Assembly (NCBI RefSeq): GCF_009914755.1
Contig: NC_060927.1
Source of the DNA: the human T2T-CHM13v2.0 reference genome, Homo sapiens
Reading direction: 5' to 3' (one strand)
DNA: 64,000 bases
Of the stretch, positions 57,308 through 64,000 are shown in pieces. Made by a program: the position numbers and the translations under genes. Position 1 is the first letter of the stretch. Each line of letters starts with the position of its first letter. The notes beneath the pieces were generated by a model that saw nothing but the letters and a program-made list of their open reading frames with translations, was not told the origin of the DNA and did no database searches.

Positions 57308-57750
57308 ACTGGGTGACTTAAACAACAGAAATGTATTATCTCACAGTTCTGGAGCTAGAAGTCTGAGATCAAGGTGTCAACAGGTTGCTTCCTCTTGAGG
57401 TCAGTGAGGGAAGGATCTGTTCCAGACCCCTCTCCTTGGCTTATAGCTGATCATCTCCCTGGGTCTTTTTACATTGTTTCCCCTCTATGTGTATCTATCT
57501 GAGTCCAAATTTCCCATTTGCATAAGGACACAATCTTATTCTATTAGGGAATCTTGCATGATACCACTATACCAATGGCACCATTCATATTAGATTATGG
57601 CCCACGTTAATGACTTCATTTTAACTTGTTTACTCCTGTGAAGAAAGATGCTATCTCCAAATAAGGTCACATTCTGAGGTACTGAGGGTTAGGACAACAC
57701 ATATTTTTTTTGTGGGATTGGGGGGAATATGCATACAATTCAACCCCTAC
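57308..57750 (-). mobile_element. MLT1B-like LTR
   Basis: acttaaacaacagaaat...ctcacagttctggag...ccaaataaggtcacattctgaggtactgagggttagga. Confidence 0.85.
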
Positions 57751-58001
57751 CTTGGCCAATTCATAAACTGTTCAGGAGCCCCTACACTAATGCATCATCT
57801 TGTTACAAAACTAAGACTCAACTAGTAATTAGAAAAAACTTTGTCTAGATGGTATGTTGCTGCTCAACCAACAACAACAAAACAACAAATGTACTCCCCA
57901 CTTCCACATACACCCCACTTATTCGCTGATCTCTTCAATTATACAGTCTGTAAACATGATTTATTACCAATTTCTGTATTTGATGTGCATTCTCTGGCAT
58001 C

Positions 58002-58301
58002 TTTTTTTTTTTTCTTTTTCTTTTATTTTTTTTATTTTGAGACAGAGTCTCGCTCTGTCACCAGGCTGGAGTGCAGTGGCGTGATCTTGGCTCACTGCAA
58101 CCTCTGCCTCCAGGTTCAAGCAATTCTCCTGCCTCAGCCTCCCGAGTAGCTGGGACTACAGGTGCATGCCACAATGCCCCGCTAATTTTTGTATTTTTAG
58201 TAGAGATGGGGTTTCACCATGTTGGCCCAGATGGTCTCGATCTCTTGACCTCGTGATCCACCCACCTCAGCCTCCCAAAGTGCTGGATTATAGGCCTGGC
58301 C
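58002..58301 (-). mobile_element. AluSc-like
   Basis: Antisense Alu containing gatggtctcgatctcttgacctcgtgatcc; TSD tggcatctt. Confidence 0.96.
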
Positions 58302-60639
58302 TGGCATCTTAAAGCTCAAGATTCAAATGGATAATTTAAAAAATGTTCTTAGTGTTTTTGTATTATATTTTTTTATATTGTGTGCAATTATGGAAATATT
58401 TTTAAAATTTGTTATCTCTAATGAATTCACAATATATGCAGAAAAAGTTGCTAGAGTGAATAAAGTTGCATAGAAAGTGACTTGTCCACTTGCCAACATT
58501 TTTCTGTTTTGCATTGCCTGGGCAGTTACCAACTTGCTTTTGTATTCAAGCAAGACGAAGAAATTACCATTCATGCATTTACCCATTTTTGCTCAGGGCT
58601 CAAACAGGGTACCACATTAGTAACTTTTAAAGAAATGATTAGCGAAAGTTGAAAATTTTCACCTACTATAGAAGCTGTCCTTTGTATCAGACAAATCAAA
58701 CCAAACAAGATTTAAGGCTTTTAGAAAGAGTATTGGTTTCATATATATTTGAAATTTCAGAATCACATCTGCCTCTCAGGCCCAGAGTCTATTTAAGAAA
58801 CTACAATCACTTTTTTTGTTTTCAGTTTTCAAAGCTTGATACAACCTAAATACTGTTTTTTTATCCAAAATCCAGTCTTAGGAAGGTACTATCTTTTTAT
58901 AAAGGTCTAAATACTCTTTTATTTTCATATATAAACATGAAGATAATTCTGGAGATTTCCCTAAATAAAACCCAATGTGAACAATCAATGCTGAGAGGCA
59001 ACCTGAGCTTTTCTTCTCTCATTGTTCCTTTTTATTTTGCAGAAAACTCTGAAGCATTTAGTCACCTAACCTATTGAAGAAGGGTGAGCTCACCTGGGCC
59101 TTGAGTACCTGAATCAAGTCAACTTTAGAAGATGAAACTGGGGGGAAAGGGGAGATACCCAAGAGAATGTGTCATACTCAGTAATAAGTAAGGTAGCTTG
59201 TTAATATCCACTATCAGTTTTGGGTATAGGTGACTAATATCCTTCTACACTGCCATTATTGAACTTAATGTCTACTTTCAGAAATGTATCCTAGGTGATC
59301 TCCCAGCCTATTCCTCCACTCTGAATATTTCAGTCTCAATATACAAAAGGGTTTGATCCCTTTGAACATGCAGCAGGCATAGACGTGTCTGGAACATGAG
59401 GTACAAATCTGAGAAACTAACAGTCCAGCTTACCTGATTCCTAAAGAACAACCCCCATTTCTATCCCCACATCTCTATGTCTGGGTTCCCCAACCCCAGC
59501 TTCCATCTTGCCTGTTTTTCCTGGGTTAACCTAATGGACACAATTATTAGCATCTCCATAGTCTGAAATTTGTAAATTAATGTGCATCAGTATCTGCTCT
59601 GGAAAGCTGTGGATGATGCATCAGTATTTAGCAGTTACATCAAGCAATTTAGTCACCTAGATTTGTGATTTGGTTGGTGGCCTTTCAGATGGGATGTCTG
59701 GCAGTAGGAAGATACCTCCTCCTGGATCATGGCTCAGCTGGCTCTGAGTTCCCACTTTAATTTCTGGCTTAGTGGAAGCTAGGAAGTGATTCAGTGGAAG
59801 TGAAATTGAATCTCAAAGCATTTCCTAAATAAGCAGGTGTCCTTTTTTGGTTGAGGCAGACTCTGGCTCCCTAAGGCAGACAGAGGGGATACAAAGTATA
59901 TTCCTACTGTTTTCAGGCTGTCTTTGTTTCCGGAGTAAAAGATGGAATAGAATTTTTTTTCCTCAGTCTAGCACCACTTAGTAAATTTCTTTCCAGTTTA
60001 TTATAATTATTTTTAAGTTTTAGCTTTTGATAGCATTGCAAGTCTTTTTTTCCTTTTGCTGTCACAAGCAATTTAACTGAGAGCTGTTAGACCACTGTCA
60101 TTTGAAACAGGCATCTCTGCTACCATCTACCATCTGTTTAACTGTTATTAAAGTCTCAGATAATGTGTATGATTCTAAAATACACAGTAGTAAGTTATTT
60201 TGTGTTCATTTATCTGCCTAGAGTCTGAGAAGTTGATTCTTTGAAAAATAAGCCAAGTTGTAGTTTATCTTTCAGGAGGGAAAATTTTCTTGGTCAATCT
60301 CCAGCCTTCTACTTATTTGTAGTCTACCGTTTTGATTATGAGTTCTGGAAAACTCTGTATAACAGAAACTTCTCTTAAATTGTTATGAATTGTTACATAA
60401 GAGCCACGATTTCTCATCTGATCCTTCAAATAGATGTTCCCAGGAAGTTGCTTGATATTGGATTTCAAGAAATACTCTATTTCCTCAGGAATTGGTATGT
60501 TGTGATTAAATACAACTCTGCCGTCGGTGATTGTGATTCAGACTCCCACATGGTGGGGATTCAGTGAGTTGTGTTTCAACAGCATAGTGATTTGGGGCAC
60601 ATGTTTTATAATCCTATACATGGACAGTGAGAATATTGT

Positions 60640-61472
60640 TGCTGTGTGTGGCAGACACGTGGTATTGATTGCTGATTCTGAACACAGCAGCCATTCTCCT
60701 ACCCCTTTTTCTAAGCTGACAGAACCTGACTTTCATGAATGAGGCTGCAAATGTCAGATGCCCCCTTGCAGCTAGAGGTAGGCATATGACCCAGTTCTGA
60801 CTAGTGAAGCATAATTGGAAGTCTATTGAGAGGCTCTTAGGAAAGATTCTCTTCCTTGATAAAGAGTCAGGGTGGGAGAAGAGAAGCTCCACAGCACCTG
60901 ATTAGAAAAAAGAGGCAGAGAGACCCCAACCCTCTCTTCCTGCCTATGAATATTGATGTGAGAAGAAGTGGTATTTGGAGCTACTGGAGTCATTATGTGA
61001 CAAAAAGATGTCCTTAGCAAGTAAGGGATGGCACTCAAGCCACTGAAACACCCCTGGACTTATCTCCCTCCAAACCTTGCAGTAGTTATTCCCTGTAGTT
61101 ACCGATATCCTGTTCTTCTCTACTCCTGGACACACAGGGACACAGCATTTCTCCACCAAAGCATGGCTCCATGACTCGGTAGATGAAATGAAATGTTGCC
61201 AGAAGCGTCGTGTGCTATCTCGTGTTTGACTCTCTACCTGCTCTTCCCCTGCAGTAGTAATCGTGGGAGCATGTATATTTACGGAGGTGTCATAAGATCA
61301 AACAGCCTGGAAGGAAGAGCCAATGCCTGAAAAACAGCTGCTGTGACGAGCTGCCTGAACCCTCAGCCAACTTTGTTACTTTGTGTGAGTAAGAAATTAA
61401 CTTCTGTTGTGTTAAGCCACTGGTGGGGGTTGTTTGTTACCATAGCATAAAGTAGTTTATCATGCCTGATAC
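60640..61472 (+). mobile_element. Old MLT1 LTR pieces, probably two elements
   Basis: cttgcagctagaggtaggcatatgacccagttctg; gagtaagaaattaacttctgttgtgttaagccactgg...tttgttaccatagcat. Confidence 0.6.
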
Positions 61473-61684
61473 AATCTGTATTCTTTTAAGCCATTTATAA
61501 TTGGTAGGCTCCTCCATGTAGCTGAAAACATCCTAATTCATACTATACACAGCATTTGACATGAAAACAACTTTCCTGTAAAATGAGACATTTGCCTTCA
61601 TGGCAAAATAAATATCGACTACTTTTGCTTGCCAAGATGCCAATCTCTTTCTAGAAACAGCATCCCAATCTTACTTAAGGAAAC

Positions 61685-62154
61685 CACTGCAGCAGACATG
61701 GCCATGCTCTGCCCATGTCTTCTCAGCACTTGCTTCTACTCACAGAAGATTGCTGTCACTGCAAACTCCTGTGTCTCTGCTTGAGAACTTTCGTCTGGTT
61801 GCAATAGAACACTCATCTCACACACAGGACAAGCCAAAAGTGCCCAGGAGTTAATGCCCAGAAGCCCCCAGCAAATTGTGTAAATAATAGATAATGTTGA
61901 AAAATATCCTAGCTTCCTCACTTCTGGGTTGAGATAACTCTGATGTGTGTTCTAGATTGTCTCCCTGTGGAATAAAGCTCCAATTGCTCATTGTGGGAAC
62001 TGCTTTGATAACACATCCTTTATTGGCTTCTCTTCCTTCCCTGCCTCTCTTCTCCACTCCCCTACTGAGGTTTTCTAGGATCATATCCAAAATAAACCAC
62101 TTGTTCTTGAAACCTTGTTTCAGAGTCTGCTCTGGGGGAACCCAAACCAAGACG
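61685..62154 (+). mobile_element. LTR16-type (ERVL) LTR
   Basis: aagtgcccaggagttaatgccc...aaataaaccacttgttcttgaaaccttgtttcagagtctgctctgggggaacccaaaccaagac. Confidence 0.8.
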
Positions 62155-63412
62155 TCATTCTCTCCAAGGGGAACCAATCTTTTTGGGACTGGCAGTTAAG
62201 TTAGATTACTTGCTCTGTCTTTAATATTTGGATCTTGAACAGAATCCCACAAAGACTATCTTTAGGGAGATAGACGCTTTTCAAAGGGTCTGCTTGTTAG
62301 TTCCTTCTTTATGGATTCCTGCAGTTCTTTTTGATACTTCTTTTCTGAGCCAGATTTTTGGTTTCTCTTCCATTCTATTAGTTACCTTATATCCCTTCAA
62401 TACATTCCTTTTGGGATGAAATAGCTAGAATTTCTTCCTGTGGCTTGCAGTAAAAGAAAACAATGAATTTAAACAACACATTAAACCTCTTTCAGATATA
62501 AAGACTGATATAAATGAATGAGTTATAAAATGTATAAGAGCACTAAATGCTATATTTTAATTATTCACGAAATCAAATCCATAGGAGTCACTTTAAAATG
62601 TCAATGTTTTCATGTTTCTTTATATTTCATTTGAAATAGTGTCTCTAGCCAGTGAAAATGTCTTTACAGCATTTCAATACAATGCCCATGAACAATTATT
62701 GATCTGGAAGGGTAAAATAACTTGGTAGTGGTGGGACGGGTCATTGTGGTTGTTGTTGTTTTATTTTGTTTTGTTTTTATCTGGGGTGGTTACTAAGTTT
62801 CCATTATCTAGTGTAGTACTTTTAATTAAACATTTTTAAGATAAAAAAACTTTTTAAGGCATTTCTATGCGAAGAAACCTGGATTGCTATAATAATAGAG
62901 AAAATTTGTTTATTTATACAAACCTTACATACCTAACCATGAGGATTCATACAGCAAAGCTGTTTAAATATGATTTAAAGAAGATCCCCTAATGCCCAAA
63001 TCTATGACAAGTTGAGTAACAAAATTAATAATGAGAATAATGGACTATAACCCCCAAAATAAAAAATATATATTGATGAGTCCATACTGATACCAATCAT
63101 TCAAGAAATAAATAAGAGAATTCAAATTAATAAATATAGAAGAAATAACAGAAATATAAAATCATCATTTGATAACATTACAGTAATAATTACCTCAATC
63201 AAGAATCATTAATAGGTAAGGGTGTGATGAAAAACAGGATATTTACATGGTCTCAATTATCTTGCCACGAGAAATTTACCAAATACAAAGAGGAAAATAA
63301 TGTTAAGTGAAGAAAATTTGAAAGACTGCCTTATCCAAGTGATCTAAGTTAACATCACTAGTAATTAGACAAAATGTCATTATGTGCCTCCTGATTTGAT
63401 GTGTTTAGAAGG

Positions 63413-64000
63413 TGTGATGGTTCATTTTATGTGTCAACTTAACAGGGCCATGTAGTGCCCAGATATTTAGCTAAACATTACTTATGGGAATGTCTATGTG
63501 GGTATTTCTTGATGAGGTTAACATTTGAATTAGTAAACTGAATAAAGCAGATTTCCATCTGCAATGTGTGCGGGCCTCTTTCCATTTTTTGGAGGCCTGA
63601 ATGGACTAAAAGTATTCTGTTGGTGCAAAGTAATCATGGTTTTTGCCATTAAAAGTAATGGCAAAATACTTTTGCACCAACCTAATATAAGTGAGAAAGA
63701 ATGTTTTCTCTCTTCCTGTCTTCAAACTGTGACAGAAGTCTTCTGCTTTTGGGCCTAAATTCAGACTGAATCTTACATCATTGGCTTTCCTGGTTCTCAG
63801 ACCTTCACTGTCAGACTGGAACCAACACTATCAGCTCACTTGCTTCTCAGGCCTTCCTACTCAAACTGGAATGTATGTACCATCAGCTCTTCTGCCGGGA
63901 CTTCTCAGTCCCCATAATCACATCAGCCCATTCCTTATAATAAATCTCTCTCAATCCCTCTCTCTCTGTCTCTCTCTCACACACACATACATTCTCTCTC
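63413..64000 (+). mobile_element. MLT2B-like LTR, running to the window end
   Basis: tgtgatggttcattttatgtgtcaactt...aaagcagatt...ttccttataataaatctctctc, then a (CT)/(CA) tract. Confidence 0.85.
63615..63685. mobile_element. MADE1 (Hsmar1-derived palindromic MITE)
   Basis: gttggtgcaaag...ttttgccatt aaaagt aatggcaaaa...ttttgcaccaacctaa, with TA flanks. Confidence 0.88.

Overview
Primate (great-ape/human-like) non-coding genomic DNA. I found no host protein-coding exon, CpG island, CRISPR array or prokaryotic system. A large part of the window is interspersed repeats: Alus, young and old L1s, MIR/L2/CR1 relics, many solo LTRs (MaLR, ERV1, ERVL) and DNA transposons. There is also a full-length 7SL retropseudogene. 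The recognisable ORFs in the track are Alu or L1 translations; the rest show no recognisable product. The main non-obvious signal, missed by the ORF track, is a highly decayed nuclear copy of mitochondrial DNA (NUMT) at about 42.5-45.4 kb on the minus strand. It runs COX1, tRNA-Ser remnant, tRNA-Asp, COX2 5' end, then jumps to ND3. It carries residues typical of non-anthropoid mammals and is split by two oppositely oriented, half-deleted MLT2 LTRs. Other points of interest are a trimeric Alu, an L1PA with a mini 3' transduction, a fold-back insertion in a MER50 LTR, a two-half-site p53 motif in an ERV1 LTR and a cluster of back-to-back inverted repeats. Repeat subfamily names come from my recollection of consensus sequences and need RepeatMasker/Dfam confirmation; boundaries of old elements are approximate. 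I see no evidence for a new multi-gene biological system.
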